A stretch of DNA of 64,000 nt. It comes from Octopus vulgaris (taxonomy: Eukaryota). The number at the start of each line of letters is the position of its first letter. Positions within the stretch are counted from its first letter, which is position 1. Where the stretch lies: positions 60,636,001 through 60,700,000 of the forward strand of contig OX597828.1 in the NCBI GenBank assembly GCA_951406725.2. Reading direction: 5' to 3'. Both the position numbers and the translations under genes were made by a program. The notes under the pieces are model-generated. The model saw only the letters and a list, made by a program, of their open reading frames with translations. It did not search any database and was not told the origin of the DNA. Shown piece after piece: positions 51,065 to 63,945 of this stretch.

Positions 51065-51850
51065 ACTCCCTCCTCTCTCTTTATTTCCCTCTCTCTGCTT
51101 TTCCCGGATTGAGTCTGCCCTGCGAAGCTGGAGTAGGTTTCTTTGTAACTCCGAGCTAAGTTGGATTAAATCTACATACCTTTCATTGTCTGCGTCTTTC
51201 CACTTTTTCTTCAGCTGCCTTAGCTGTTTCTCCTCGCTTGTTGCTTTTGCCTTCCTTCAGGCCAAAGGCATCTCGGCATAACTGGTATGCTACTTGCACC
51301 AAGATTTTTATCTTCCTGGTAGCGTCACTTTTCAGAATATTTCCCAGGATGATGCTCTTATCCAACAGGGCTCATGTCCTATTTGTTGCTGGTGGTAAAT
51401 TCAGCGATAGTTTCTTCTCGAAGCCCCGTGGGTTTTCAGATTCCTCCACTTTTCTTGTGCCTTCAGTAAGTGAGTTCTGTCGTTTTCCTCTGGGCCCTGA
51501 TCTTCCTTCAATTGAGATGCAGTGCTAATACTCCCCAAGCTAGACGACTTTGGAGAATAAGACGCTTTGCTTTGCTCTAGTTGCACTTTGCATTTCGATT
51601 TGCTTTGATGAATTTTCACGCTACGTTCGCTTCTTAAATATTCTACCACAGACGTTGCATCTCCTTTTGGTTTTACCCTCCTGTCTTGCTGTATCTATTT
51701 TCATACGAAAATTCATATCCAAGTCGTTCTCTGTACGTTCCGTCCCGTTGGCAGATTATCCCCTCTCCTCGGTCTACCTGAGCGTATTCTTCCTGACCCG
51801 TATTAGCTTTCTTAGCTTCCTGATGTGCTTCGGGTGCCAGCCCTCACACT
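49870..51850 (-). mobile_element. Hero/NeSL-like RLE non-LTR retrotransposon, 5' half, decayed
   Basis: N-terminal CNVCG...KIHQSK zinc finger at about 51590..51660. FTFDELGTVVGKARADSTPGP..YKIYKNC, WQRLEKGIMTG.TISVLLFVAAMN and RAFLDNI (RT motifs 4-5). Confidence 0.7.
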
Positions 51851-51874
51851 TTTATGTATACATATATATTATTT

Positions 51875-52105
51875 TACTCATTTACTTGTTTCAGTCATTT
51901 GACTGCAGCCATGCTTGAGCACTTTTTTGAAGGATTTTAGTCGAACAATTTGACCCCAGGATTTATTTTTAAGCCTAGGACTTATCCTATCGGTCTCTTT
52001 CGCCGAACCACTAAGTTACGGAGACCTAAGCGCACCAACACTTGTAGTCAAGCCGTGATGGAGGGACAAATACGGACACAAAGACACACACACACACTCG
52101 CGCGT

Positions 52106-52141
<36 letters not shown>

Positions 52142-52297
52142 ACACACACGTATATATATACGACGGGCTTCTTTCAGTTTCCGTCTCCCAAGTCCACTCA
52201 CAAGGCTCACTCGAAGCTATAGTAGAAGACACTTGCCCAAGGTGACACGCAGTGGGACTGAACACGGAACCATGTGGTTGGGAAGCAAGCTTCTTAC
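51875..52297 (-). mobile_element. CORE-type SINE, near-complete reference copy with internal (TA)(TG) tract
   Basis: Head, CCTTGGGCAAGTGTCTT, microsatellite and 3' half ending ..TGACTGAAACAAGTAAATGAGT are contiguous. Confidence 0.85.
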
Positions 52298-52319
52298 ATG
52301 ATATATTTAGATAAAAGAT

Positions 52320-52842
52320 GTAAATAAGATTTGTATTATTAAAAGGGGTATATACAGAGAGTGTATGAAACTTTGTACAATCGGGGGTGTCAACAAATTT
52401 GGCGTGTATAAAAGTTTGCATATTTGACAATGTGTAAATATTTGTATAACCGATGATATATATAAATTGAGTGTGTATATAAATTGAGTGTGTACACAGA
52501 TTCATATAGCTAATATATATAAATACATATAAAATTGATATCAATGATGTGTAGTGCTTATATAAGGTCTGTATAGTGGATCGTATATATAAATTTGTAT
52601 AGTCAAGAGTATATGTAAGTTTGTATAACCAATGGTATATATAAGTTTGTATAATCGGGGGTGTATATAAGTTTGTGTAGTTGATGGTGTACATAAATTT
52701 TGATAGTCAAGCGAATATATAAACTGTTATAATTGAGGGTGTATATAAGATTGTATCATCGGGGGTGTATACGTTTGTGTAGTCGACAGAGTATATAATT
52801 TTGTATAGTCAAGAGTTTTTATGTCTGTATTATTGAGGGTGT
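52320..52842. repeat. Diverged minisatellite, unit about 28-29 bp
   Basis: Recurring GTGTATATAA(G/A)TTTGTATA(A/G)TC(G/A)..G. Confidence 0.8.
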
Positions 52843-53238
52843 TATGGCGGTAATGCTAAAGTCACAATAATTATTAATTAAAAACTCGTATATCAAATTT
52901 TTGGATGAAATCTCATTATTTCTAACTCGGTGTGAAAATATAGGTAGGACATTAGCGTTTGTTATGTTAGCCTTTGTTTTCGAAGAAAAAGAAAACAAAA
53001 AACAAACGCTAACGTTTATTTTCATAATGATATATGTAAAGTATAAATGATATAATGATATATAATGATATAATGTAAAGTATAAAAGCCATCTCAATAT
53101 GGCTAACCACAAAGTGGGGGTGTTACTGTAGCTTTTTAGCCCCAGGGGATCATCGTCTCCAGCTGGCTTTAGACACCCTTTCAGTGCCCTTGAAGTATTT
53201 GCAAAGGGAGGCCATCCCTTCCTCGCAAGCCTGAGTGA

Positions 53239-53286
53239 TACGCACGGACCGGTTTCGAGATTATTGTCTCTTATCAACGGGCGGTA
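53239..53286 (-). ncRNA. Degenerate hammerhead motif
   Basis: Minus strand: CGCCCG-TTGATAA-GAGA-CAATAA-TCTC-GAAA-CCGG-TC-CGTGCG. Two transitions from CTGATGA; stems are retained. Confidence 0.5.
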
Positions 53287-53305
53287 ACCACCAGGTCACG
53301 ATGAA

Positions 53306-54963
53306 TTCTCTTTATTATAGGCACAATGGCCCGAATTAAGAGGGGACATTACAATACAGGACATGGGGTACATATAATAAAAAAATCGAAAAGTATGGTA
53401 TGACAACGAATTATTTATAATGAATTAATGAAATGTCTTACGGGTTCCCCAAGCTCGCAGTTTCATTTAAATTACCATTGTGTTATTCAGGGCGTTCATC
53501 TGTTATGTATTCGAGTACATCCTCTTGCTCTATAATCCCTGGCAAACTCTCGTACCGCACGTATTGCATTATGCATATACCTGTATACACCTTGCTCAGT
53601 TTCATCACTGTCTCTCTTTCCACAATCGCCGCCTTCACCTGGTCATCAAACATTTTCAGATTTAATTTCACTCTTGTTAAACTTTTTATGTTTGCCAACT
53701 TCTTCTCAATTTCCTTGTCCTTCTTGTACAACATTACCACTTTCAGATTTTTTCCTTTTGGTCTACTTCCTTCCCTACATACTCTTAGCCAATCTTCCAC
53801 TTTACTTTCCCATTTTTTCTCCTCCTGCCACCTTGAAACTTCACTCGCTTTCGTTTCAGTATCTTCCTCTTCGTGCGTTCGAACCTCTATCTCGTCGGTA
53901 GTCTTCTTTTTGGTTTTTTTCTTTTTTTTTTGTTGTACTTTTGGTGGTGATTCCACCCGCGTTCTCTTTCTATCTTCTTTTCCTTCTGTTTTTTCCTTTT
54001 CTTCCTCATTCACCAACTCGTCACCACTTTCCACATTATCTGTATTCACACTTTCTTCTTCTACATTCGCCATTTGCAATTCCTCTGTCAGAGCCTCCAA
54101 TGTTATCATCTCCTCTTGTACTTTTTTTTGCGGACACACATCCTTCATGTGGCCTCTAATCTTACATGTGTAGCACACTGGGGTCTCCCCTCTACCACGA
54201 CTCTGAGTCGTGTCTCGTCGGGGAACACCAACTCTTCTGGGATGTTATACATGTCTGGCATGGTTATGTGTACCAAAGCCTGTACTGCATAACCCCACCA
54301 CTTTACTTCCTTCGACCTTTCTATCTTCAATATCTCGACATTCTCCTTGCAGTTAAATATTGTTGCTGCTATAATTCTCTCCATTTTCAATTCTGGTGAA
54401 ATTTTGCTGATTCTTATTCTCACCGCTCGTCTTCTACAATAGCTTGGTAGTAGTATCCATTTTCCATTTTTCAATATTTTCGTAGCGTTCTTCTTTGCTT
54501 CAGCTTCGTTCTCAAAATGAACTACCACCGTCGCGTACTTTCTACCTCTATTATAGAAGGTAGCTTTTTCTTCAATCTCCTGCAAACACCTCTCGATTTC
54601 CTCCACCTCTGCCACTTCTATTTTCTTCGAAGCCACGCTCCACGTTCTATATGTCACAATACGCCTCTCTGCCTCCTTCACTTCGTCTTCTGGTAGTGTG
54701 ACTCTCAGGGAGTCACCCTCCTTCTTGAAACTGTTGAAGTATTCCTTCAGGCTCTCCTTCTCGACGACTACTTCCTCCAACTGCAGCTCGCTCGCAGCCA
54801 GACCCTTGCCTGCCGCTCCTGCATAAGTTTGGGTTTGCATATTCGAAAAAAAAACTTCCATAATTCACCACGCCGTAACAGCTTCCACCAGCGAACTCGA
54901 ACTCACAACCGCGACACACAATAAACGCAATCCGAAATATCCGACACAAACAAAACAAAAAAA
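53306..54963 (-). mobile_element. ORF1-only (HAL1-like) retroelement, 1658 bp, with perfect 17-bp TSD
   Basis: TSD CACCAGGTCACGATGAA at 53289..53305 and 54964..54980. One gag-like ORF, no EN or RT. 3' end GGGCCATTGTGCCTATAATAAAGAGAA. Confidence 0.88.
53483..54861 (-). CDS. LINE ORF1/gag-like zinc-knuckle protein (~459 aa if one frameshift at G4, 54180..54183, is repaired)
   Basis: ORF 54145..54861 (TYAGAA, RGRKYATVVVHF, LLPSYCRRRAVRIRI, LRVVVEGRP) joins ORF 53483..54178 (CYTCKIRGHMKDVC, acidic/basic linker, conserved C-terminal block). Confidence 0.75.
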
Positions 54964-55407
54964 CACCAGGTCACGATGAAAGACAAGGCCTGCTTAACAA
55001 ATCAGAGGTTGTCATTTTCTCAAGTTATTTATTCGTATGTAATCATAAAAAGGAAAGGTCTGTTTTTACCTATTTATAGAGAACTTTAACTAGGCGAACA
55101 TGATTCAAGGAGCAGCACGACATCGTGACGTGTATACGTCACCTAAATGTGGGTGAGCCGTATGGGACGATGCCACTGTTGTTTATAGCCCCAGGAAGAT
55201 ATCTCCTCCAGCTGGCTAACGTCCGATCAGTTTTTGCGAAGGGAAATCATCGTTCCTATCTCTAGACTTAACAGCAACATTGCTTCCTCCACTACCAACA
55301 CCAATACCATCGGCAACAACAAATATGCTCTCAACATATTAACATAACACTTGCAATCAATTAAGATCAAAAGCTATGAAAGCCACTGCCTGGTACTGCA
55401 TCAGAGC

Positions 55408-55483
<76 letters not shown>

Positions 55484-55926
55484 GTTATTATTATTATTAT
55501 TCTATAACAGTTACTACTTCAAGGTTTTGCATTAGTGTTAGTATTTACACATAGGGTATAGAGACGTTGAAACAGTTATGAAACGTTTTGTTTCACATTT
55601 AATATAAATAGCAACAAAAAAAAAATGAAATAAATAAGAGATTATGGATTTCACTAGTAAGTTTATGAATTATTTAAAAAGTATAGGAGTGATCACCAGG
55701 AGGCCAATGAAATGATTGGAATAGACAGCAGCTAGACGGTAGATAGATCAATAGAGTCTATCAGATAAACGGTTTAAATAGCATCACATCGATTGAAATG
55801 ACGTTTATCATTAATTGCAGAAGTTCGCATGATCCCAAACGTATTTTAATTCTGTCAAATCTCTCGGTAAGTCGAAATTATCTGTCCTAAATTCGATTTT
55901 TTCGTATTTACTCAGTCCTTCATATT

Positions 55927-57907
55927 ATGGATAAATGGTTAAAAAAGTCAGTTGAAGCTGATGACGATGAGTCTTCAGTGAATCGAAACGAAGAAAAGAC
56001 CAATCAATCAAAACTAAGCCAGTCAAAGCGAAGAAAAGTATTAAGAAAGTATGATTACGAGTACTTAAAAATGGGATTTACATGGAATGGAGTTGAAGAA
56101 GATCCACGACCACGATGCATCATTTGTTATGAACAACTTGCAAACGAGAGCATGCATCGTCATCTTGAGACTAAGCACTCGGAGTTAAAAGACAAGCCTC
56201 TCGATTTTTTTGAGCGAATGTTAACCAAGTTAAAGATAGGACAGAGCGTTATGCAACATTATACCAAAGTAAATGAAAAATCTCTGTATGTATCTTACTT
56301 GGTCAGTTTAAGAATCGCAAAAACTGGTGAGCCACACACAATTGGGGAGACTTTAGTTCTTCCAGTTATAAAAGATACAGTTAAAGTTTTCTTTGGTGAT
56401 GAGAGTGAACAAGAAATTGAATCAATTCCTATTTCTACTAACACAGTCACGCGTAGAATCGATGAAATGTCTCAATGGGTAGAAAATCAAGTTATTGAAC
56501 GGATTCGTGGAAGTCTTTTATTTTCTTTACAACTCGATGAATCTACTGACGTACAAGGTTTGTGCCAGCTACGTGTTTTTGTACGTTACATATGGAACTT
56601 TGTACCTCATGAAGATATGTTGTTCTGTGAACCTGTCAGTTGAAGTACCAGCGAGGACATTTTTAATACAGTTGATACTTATATTAGAGCAAAAAATCTT
56701 GATTGGCAAAAATGTGTCGGAATATGTACAGACGGCGCACGGTAGAAATAGTGGTGTGGTGACCAGAATACTTGAACTTAATCCCAATGCATCATGGGCT
56801 CACTGTAACCTTCACATGGCAGCGTTAGTATCAAAACACATAACTGATAATTTTGAAAATGTTTTGAATACTTCAGTCAAAATAGTGAACTTTATTAAGT
56901 CAAAGCCTTTGCAATCGCGCCTATTTGCGAAGTTGTGCGAAGAGATGGGAAGCGATCATAAATCACTTCTTTTGCACACAGAAATACGATGGCTCTCTAG
57001 GGGAAAAGTGTTAACAAGACATGCAGAAATCCGCGAAGAAGTAGCTATATTTTTAGAAGATAAAAGCGATTTTGTGAAATATTTGCGCGACGAAGAATTT
57101 GTTCTGAGGCTTACGTATTTGGCAGATATTTTTTCAAAATTAAACGACCTGAATTTGTATTTACAAGGAACAGAAGGTATCAGTATATTTGCAATTCATG
57201 AGAAAATTCGAGGTTTTATGAAAAAACTTGTCTTGTGAAAAAATCGTATTAACAACCGAAATTATGACTGTTTTGAAACTTTTGTAATGGAGAATAAAGC
57301 AAAAGTTGATGATGGTATAATCATTGAGATATCTGAACACTTGAATAAGTTAAATGAAAGTTTTGAATTTATTTTCATAAAGTGATGAATACTATGCAAC
57401 AGAAAAGATGGATTATGAACCCCCTTTCAGCCTGACGTGACGACTGGAATATCAACAAAAGCCGATGAGGAACTTATCGATTTATCCGAAGACTCTTCCT
57501 TGAAAATGACTTTTAACACCCGAAAATTGGTACAATTCTGGGCGTCTCTTCAAACCTCGTACCCAATCATTTCCACCGAAGCATTAAATGTACTTCTCCC
57601 TTTCACGTCATCTTATATTTGTGAAGCTGGATTTTCAGCAATGGTTGGGATTAAAAGCAAATATCAAAATAAACTGCAACTCTCAAATTCCTTACGCCTG
57701 AAACTATCACGCATTGAACCTGATGTTAATTCTATTATTGAGCGTAGCAAGAAACAGGCTCATCCTTCTCACAGGTCTCACTGAAGATGTAATCTGAAAT
57801 AAATTTGTTAATTTCATTAATGTTTTTACTCAGTAGAGTTAAGTGGGTCGTCATAAACTGGTGTGATAAATAGTGGGTCGCGACTCTAAAATGTTTGGGA
57901 ACCACTG
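55927..57907 (+). mobile_element. hAT Buster/Charlie-family transposon (ZBED5/SCAND3-like transposase pseudogene) with right TIR
   Basis: BED finger CIIC..RHLETKH, SLQLDESTDV, CTDGA, HTEIRWLSRG and LLPFTSSYICEAGFS, with several stops and frameshifts. Right end TTTGGGAACCACTG is followed by CTCTACGG (nnnTAnnn Buster-type target). Confidence 0.92.
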
Positions 57908-57954
57908 CTCTACGGTGCCAGCTGTTCACTATCAGTGAACTAAGGTAACACCTC

Positions 57955-58415
57955 TTATTATCGAGCACCATCCAGAGTATTCGAGCGGTTCCGAGTAGTG
58001 CTGTTTTCTGCAAGTGCTCCACCCTTATTGCAGCCACTATTTGTTCCATGTACTTCTCACGATTTTTACTCACTGTTCCCAGGGCTCCGACAGTAATTGG
58101 TACTTCTACCACCTTTTGCACCGACCACAACTGCTTAACCTCCCAAGCTAAGCTGTTATATCTATCGACTTTACTTTCTTCTTTATCGCATACCTTGTTG
58201 TCATCTGGGCATGCTATATCTATGATAGAGCAGCGTTTGCTTTTTTTCTCAGCACTATTTCTGGTTTCCTATTCTCTATCTCATAGTCACACTGAATCAT
58301 AAAATTCCATAGGATCTTTGCATTATCATTTTCGATGATGCCTTTGGGTTTATGTTCGTACCACTTTTTTGCTCTGTCAAGTCCATACTTGTTGCAAAGA
58401 TACTGTCTTATATTC
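57955..58415 (-). mobile_element. R4/Dong-clade 3' end (RLE domain)
   Basis: KWYEHKPKGIIEND.AKILWNF.IQCD, IDIACP, VPITVGALG and LQKTALLGTARIL. Confidence 0.85.
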
Positions 58416-59939
58416 AACATCCCTATGAAATTGTCCATGTCTTCTTTTTTTTATCCACCTATTTTCAGTTTCATTCATTCTCAAGTACTTTATCTTTGCA
58501 ATCTTTCATCTTATACAAGTCCTGCTCCCCACCAAGTATTTTTATTGAAAGGTGTATGAATGAGACGGGAGAACCCGTATGAATGGACCTACTCTGAACA
58601 TTCGCTTGTAAACCGGAGGAGTTGCGAAGGACACCTGCTGAGGTGTTAGCAAGTTAAAGGAAGAATGACCAAAGGACATTTGGTCATTGGATATGGCTCA
58701 ATCTTTTGGTGTAGTGTCATGGTTATGATAATAATAATAATCTATAGTATAATGGAGAAAGCTGCTTATTAATTAGGTATGTAACGATTACTAAAAGTAC
58801 TAAAAGAAAGCAATTATTAATGGGTTGACCACCTGGAAATATTTTATAAATTCATGTTCTAAGAAATTTCTTATAATTTTGATTTCTTAAGTTAATTGAA
58901 TTTTTTAAAACTCCAATTTCTCGCAAATTTAAATATTCAATGCATTCATTGCGTCCAATTGAAAATCTAAATATTCATTCCATTCACTGCGGAGTGTTCC
59001 ATTCTCATTTGCAAAGTCTTTCACTTTCTCTTTTAAGTTTTCATTCGCTATTTGAAAAATCGGCAGTTTATACTATTAATGTATACGTAATTTATTATTC
59101 ATTATTCTATCAATGTGTAAGTAATCTATTATTTATTGAATGAAAATATTTAAAATATCCGTATAATTTTTGAACGCGGGGTAGCTGTGAGAAGAGCCTA
59201 GAAAGTTGGGTTTCCTAACTCTCTGTACCACTAAGCTAATATATACACAAGTAAGTTACATTTATACATGCGAGAGTGATAAAGAAACGAGGAGAGCTGG
59301 CTTTGGATATGCTAGGAACAACACCCCTTAGATCATTCAGTTTTCCCTTTGAAAATATTAACAATTTAAAAAAAAACTTTTTACCGAAAATGCTCTTCCT
59401 ATGGTTTTGAAAATTAGCCAAAAATGGCTCCAGAGTGGGATGGTGAAGGAGAAGGTGTAAGAAAAGGGTTTACAATAATTTTTCATACATTTCGAAGGCT
59501 GTGGTTTAAAAAAATGAGGAAAACCCCTGAAAAATATTTTCCCCACGAATTTCTTTCTAATCGTAATCTATGCCGTTTGAAAGAGATTTGTATAATTCAT
59601 TAAAAGATACCCATCTTCCTGAAAGTTATGAGGGAAAAAAGTCAGATCGTGTGAATTTTCCAAAATTCCGCTCTCCACCCCTCGGAAAAATTCTTTCTCA
59701 TAAAGCCACAACAATAAAAGCAACACATACTAAGCAAGTGAGCGCTATTATACAAAGAAATAGTTAGATGTAAAATATAAGAATTATTAGAATTAAGAAT
59801 CCAATGTGAAAACATTATCAAGGGGTTAGAAGAAAATTGCCCAGAGGGCGGTGTTTCTGCTAGTAATAATAATAACAACAACAACAACAACAACAACAAT
59901 AACAAGAACAATAATAATGATAATAATATTAATAATTAT

Positions 59940-60470
59940 AATCCTTTTCACTGGAAGTACAAGACTTCAAATTTAGGGGAAGGTATTAAGTCGATACCAT
60001 CGACGCCAGTGCGTAACTGGTACTTATTTAATCGAATGGATGAACGGCAATTAGAAGACGCTTTCCACCCCTTAAATTTAATGAAAATTTATACAAATCT
60101 CTTTCAAACGGCATAGATTACGATTAGAAAGAAATTCGTGGGGAAAATATTTTTCAGGGGTTTTCCTCATTTTTTGCCGTTAGAAGACGAGGAGGAAAAA
60201 AGTTACCGACAAGTACTCGAAACTTGCATATTATTCACAGTTTCCTAACTCTTTAATTGTTGTGGCTTTATGAGAAAGAATTTTTCCGAGGGGTGGAGAG
60301 CGGAATTAGTCGATACCATCGGCGCCAGTGCGTAACTGGAACTTATTAATCGAAAGGATGAACGGCAAAGTCGACCTCGGCGGAATTTGACCTCAGAATG
60401 TAGCAGCAAACGAAATACCGCTAAGCACTTCTCCCGGTGTGCTAACGATTCTGCTAGCTCGCCGCCTTAA
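59940..60470 (-). mobile_element. Meta-type SINE interrupted by a ~258-bp templated insertion
   Basis: Head 60309..60470 and tail 59940..60050 match 8062..8262. A ~62-bp segment is duplicated at 59989..60050 and 60309..60368. Confidence 0.75.
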
Positions 60471-60473
60471 TAC

Positions 60474-60552
<79 letters not shown>

Positions 60553-61269
60553 TATAACAACAACAACAACAACAACAAAAGGAAAGGCTGTAAAACCGGA
60601 ACTTATAACATAAAACCAACCGAAAGAGAAAGAACGGCGGACAGATAATCATAAATATTATGAAATTGTTGATTGATGATACATCAATAATAATAATTAT
60701 TATAGTTATAACTACGAAAGAAACATCAACACATGTCCATAGGCGGTGTTAAAAAACGCTGAAAACATGGAACCTATAATAAAACCGATAAAAAGAGAAA
60801 GAACAGCGTATTGATAATCATAAATACCATGAAATAGTTGATTTATGATTTACACACTACTATGCAACACCCTACCAAAAACATACAAGACAGAAGAACA
60901 CAACCTGCACTGCACAAACAACATACAATACAAAAACTAATACAACAGAAAACTCAAATCAACCCCAATAACAAAACATATTGATACAATACAATACCAC
61001 CCCACCAAAAAATGCAACGCACACCACTCCTCCAGTACAAAGGTGCAACAAATGATGCAATAGTAAGTTGCTTGAAACTTCCAGATGTCGAAAAATAATA
61101 GTGGTGATGACGATGGTGACGAAAGTTACCTTACTTCTGTTTATGAGAGATGGGAGTGTCCGAAGAAAATTTGGCTGTAACAGCGAAAATTAAGCTGGAC
61201 TTTTAAGGGAAGGCCTCTCACTCAGCAGTGGTTCAGTAAAGATGTAGACTTGTTGTTATCCTAATACAG

Positions 61270-62690
61270 CATCAGCAGATAATAGAGCAAGGAGGAGGAA
61301 GTGAACCAGCGAAGAATACAGGATATGGATGCAGTGTTACTTAGAAAGTGAATCTAAAAGAAGGGGCTACAGAAAACGGATGTTAGCACTTTGGGTAGAG
61401 AAAAGTATATTTCAAGTAACTGGGCAGAGATCAGTATATCGAGCTAATGCTATAAGAAGAAAGTGGATGACAGAATTGGAGGTAGAAAAGATCACAAAAG
61501 ATCTGGAAAAGAAACACCTGGCAGTAGGAAAGACAAACAACAGCATAAGAGGTACAGCTCAAACCAAAGAAGAATCTAAAGGAAAAAATAATAATAGCAC
61601 TACCAATAAGGAAGGGTCAACTGGCACCGGCGACTTAAGTATTTTAAGTGCAGATGAGAAGATTTTAGATGAATTGCAGCAAGCAATGAATAAAGAAGTA
61701 AGAAAAAGGTTTCCAGCATTAAAAGCCACCAACAGAAAGAAGCTGCTAGAAATGACTACGAAAGTAGATTCTGTTATCAGGAGGATAGATACTGAAAATA
61801 TAGGAGGCACTAACTTACTGATCTATGCAGGAGGGGAGTAGTCACCAGTAGATAAGATATCTCACAGGGAAAGATTAAAAAAGTGCAAATGTAGAAAAGT
61901 AGACTACAAAATAAAGTGAAGACTTTAAGACAAGATCTGAGTAGAATAGAAGCTTGGAAACTGAACAAGTTAGAAAACACAAGATGCAAATCTTCCCTCG
62001 AGAAAAGATACTTAGTCAAAGAGAAAGGATTTAGGACAGTGATAGAAGAGTTGAAACAACGTATCAAAGCAGTAGCAGGCAATCTCTCCAGATACCAGAA
62101 AAGAGTAGATCAGTATCAACAGAATAGATTACTTGAGACAGACCAGAGGAGATTTTATAACCAAATAAATAGTAGAGAACGAAGTACTGAAGATGAGAAA
62201 CGTAATGTAGAAGAAGCTAGAAAGTTCTGGAGTAATATTTGGGATAAGCAAGTCAATCATAATGGAAATGCAATATGGTTAAAGAAAGTAAGGGAAGAAA
62301 TAGTGAGTGAGAAGCAGCCAAATCTAAGACTAGCTTGTGCATTAATGAGTAACGTGTTATGAAAAATGCCGAATTGGTAGGGCCCAGGGCCAGATTTAGT
62401 TCGAGAGTACTGCCAAAAAAAAAAAAGTAGTTTTCATGGGAGGCTGAGGAAACAACTTCAAGATTACCTTAATGGAGGAATAATACCAGATTGGATGACT
62501 AGAGGGAGGACAGTACTCATTAGGAAATATGAGAACAAGGATAATACAGCTAGCAACAATACAGCCCAATCAATTGCCTACCATCAGTGTGGAAGGTGTT
62601 AAAAGGAATGCTTTCAGAAAGCATTTACGAGCACCTTGACAACCAGAATTTACTGCCAAAAGAACAGGAAGAAGGCTGGAGGAACGCATG
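61270..62690 (+). mobile_element. R4/Dong-clade element 5' half, truncated at start of RT
   Basis: ORF 61329..61841 (CYLESE..RGYRKRMLALW) and ORF 61916..62362 (EELKQRIKA..YQQNRL..FWSNIWDK), then GPGPD, WMTRGRTVLI and LLPKEQ. Confidence 0.85.
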
Positions 62691-62694
62691 ATCA

Positions 62695-63945
62695 ATTAAT
62701 GTCGGAAAGGGCAGGTTCGATAGATTTGAAAGGAGATTCAACCTTAAGAATGCGTCCCTACATGGAGAAGCTGCTTCTGCTGACAAACCCGCCGCTGAGG
62801 AGTACGTGAACGAGACGTTCATGACCATCGTCGTGGAAGGGGGATATTCACGTGAACAAGTTTTCAATATGAATGAGACAAGCCTCTTTTGAAACGGATG
62901 CCATTATAAAGGAGGAGGCCAGAGCTCCTGGATTTAATGCGTTCAAAGATCGCGTAACAATTATAGTGTGTGGAAATGTTGCGGGATTTATGTTAAAGCC
63001 AGGGATTATTTAGTCCAAATACCCAAGGTCCCTCAAAAATAAAAATAAGAACCTGTTGCCTGTTGCATTGGATGCACAACCAGAAAGCATGGGTAACGAA
63101 ATCACTGACATCGGATTGGTTTCACCAGTACTTCATCCCTGAAGGGCTGGAATTCAAAGTGCTGCTCTTAATGGACAATGCTGGAGGTCACGCGCTCGAC
63201 CTGTCGTATGAGAGCGTACAAATCGAATTCTTACCGCCGAACACCACATCGCTGATCCAGCCCATGGATGAAGACCTTATTCGTGCTTTTAAGGCACTCT
63301 ATACACGAAACGCCTTACAACACATGGTCGAGGCTATTGACTCGGATAATAATTTCTCGCTGAAGGAGTACTGGCGTGGTTACACCATTGCAATGTGTCT
63401 CCAAAATATTCAGAAGGCCATAAAGGAGATGAAGAATGAAACTTTGAATGTCAACTGGAAGGAATTGTGGCCAGAAGGGGTCCACGACTATAAAGGATTC
63501 TCTCCTGACGAAATCCACCACTCTGCAGTCGATAAGGCAGTGAAGCTGGTAAAATTGTTTGGAGGAGATGGCTTCACCAATATGTCTACCGAGGACGTTA
63601 ATAACCTGATCGAGACCCACTCAGATCCGTTAACGGATGAAGATCTGACAGAAATGACGAAGTGAGCAAGTGAAGAAGAACAAGAGAAACCAAGGGAAGA
63701 AGAAGAAGCCGCCCTATCACTAGAACGCCTCTCAACTGTAGCATAAATGGCAAAAGAACGTCAGAGAATGGCGGAGGATTGGGATCCCCAGATGATTCGT
63801 GCGTTGCAGTTCAGAAATACAATCGACGGAGCCATGAAAGTTTATAAAAACTTCCTTACACAGAAGAAAAGGCAGCGCCAGCAACTGCCCGTCACTATGT
63901 TCCTCGCCCGCAAAAATAGAGAAGACATGGGTACTCCTAAGAGTG
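62695..63945 (+). pseudogene. pogo/Tigger (TIGD1-like) transposase remnant
   Basis: HGEAASAD..QVFNMNETSLF and KDRVT. ORF 63063..63665: KAWVT...LLLMDNAGGH...FLPPNTTSLIQPMD (DDE_1 family). Confidence 0.9.

Noticed and set aside
52320-52842. CRISPR-like array
   Set aside because: Units are contiguous and degenerate with no unique spacers, there are no cas genes, and the context is eukaryotic.
55820-55870. Left TIR and TSD of the hAT element (CATGATCCCAAAC; CTCTCGGT)
   Set aside because: Only weak similarity to CAGTGGTTCCCAAAC, and the putative TSD is on the wrong side of it. The left end appears lost.
55927-57784. Domesticated ZBED5/SCAND3-like host gene
   Set aside because: Multiple frameshifts and stops plus a retained TIR indicate a dead transposon copy.
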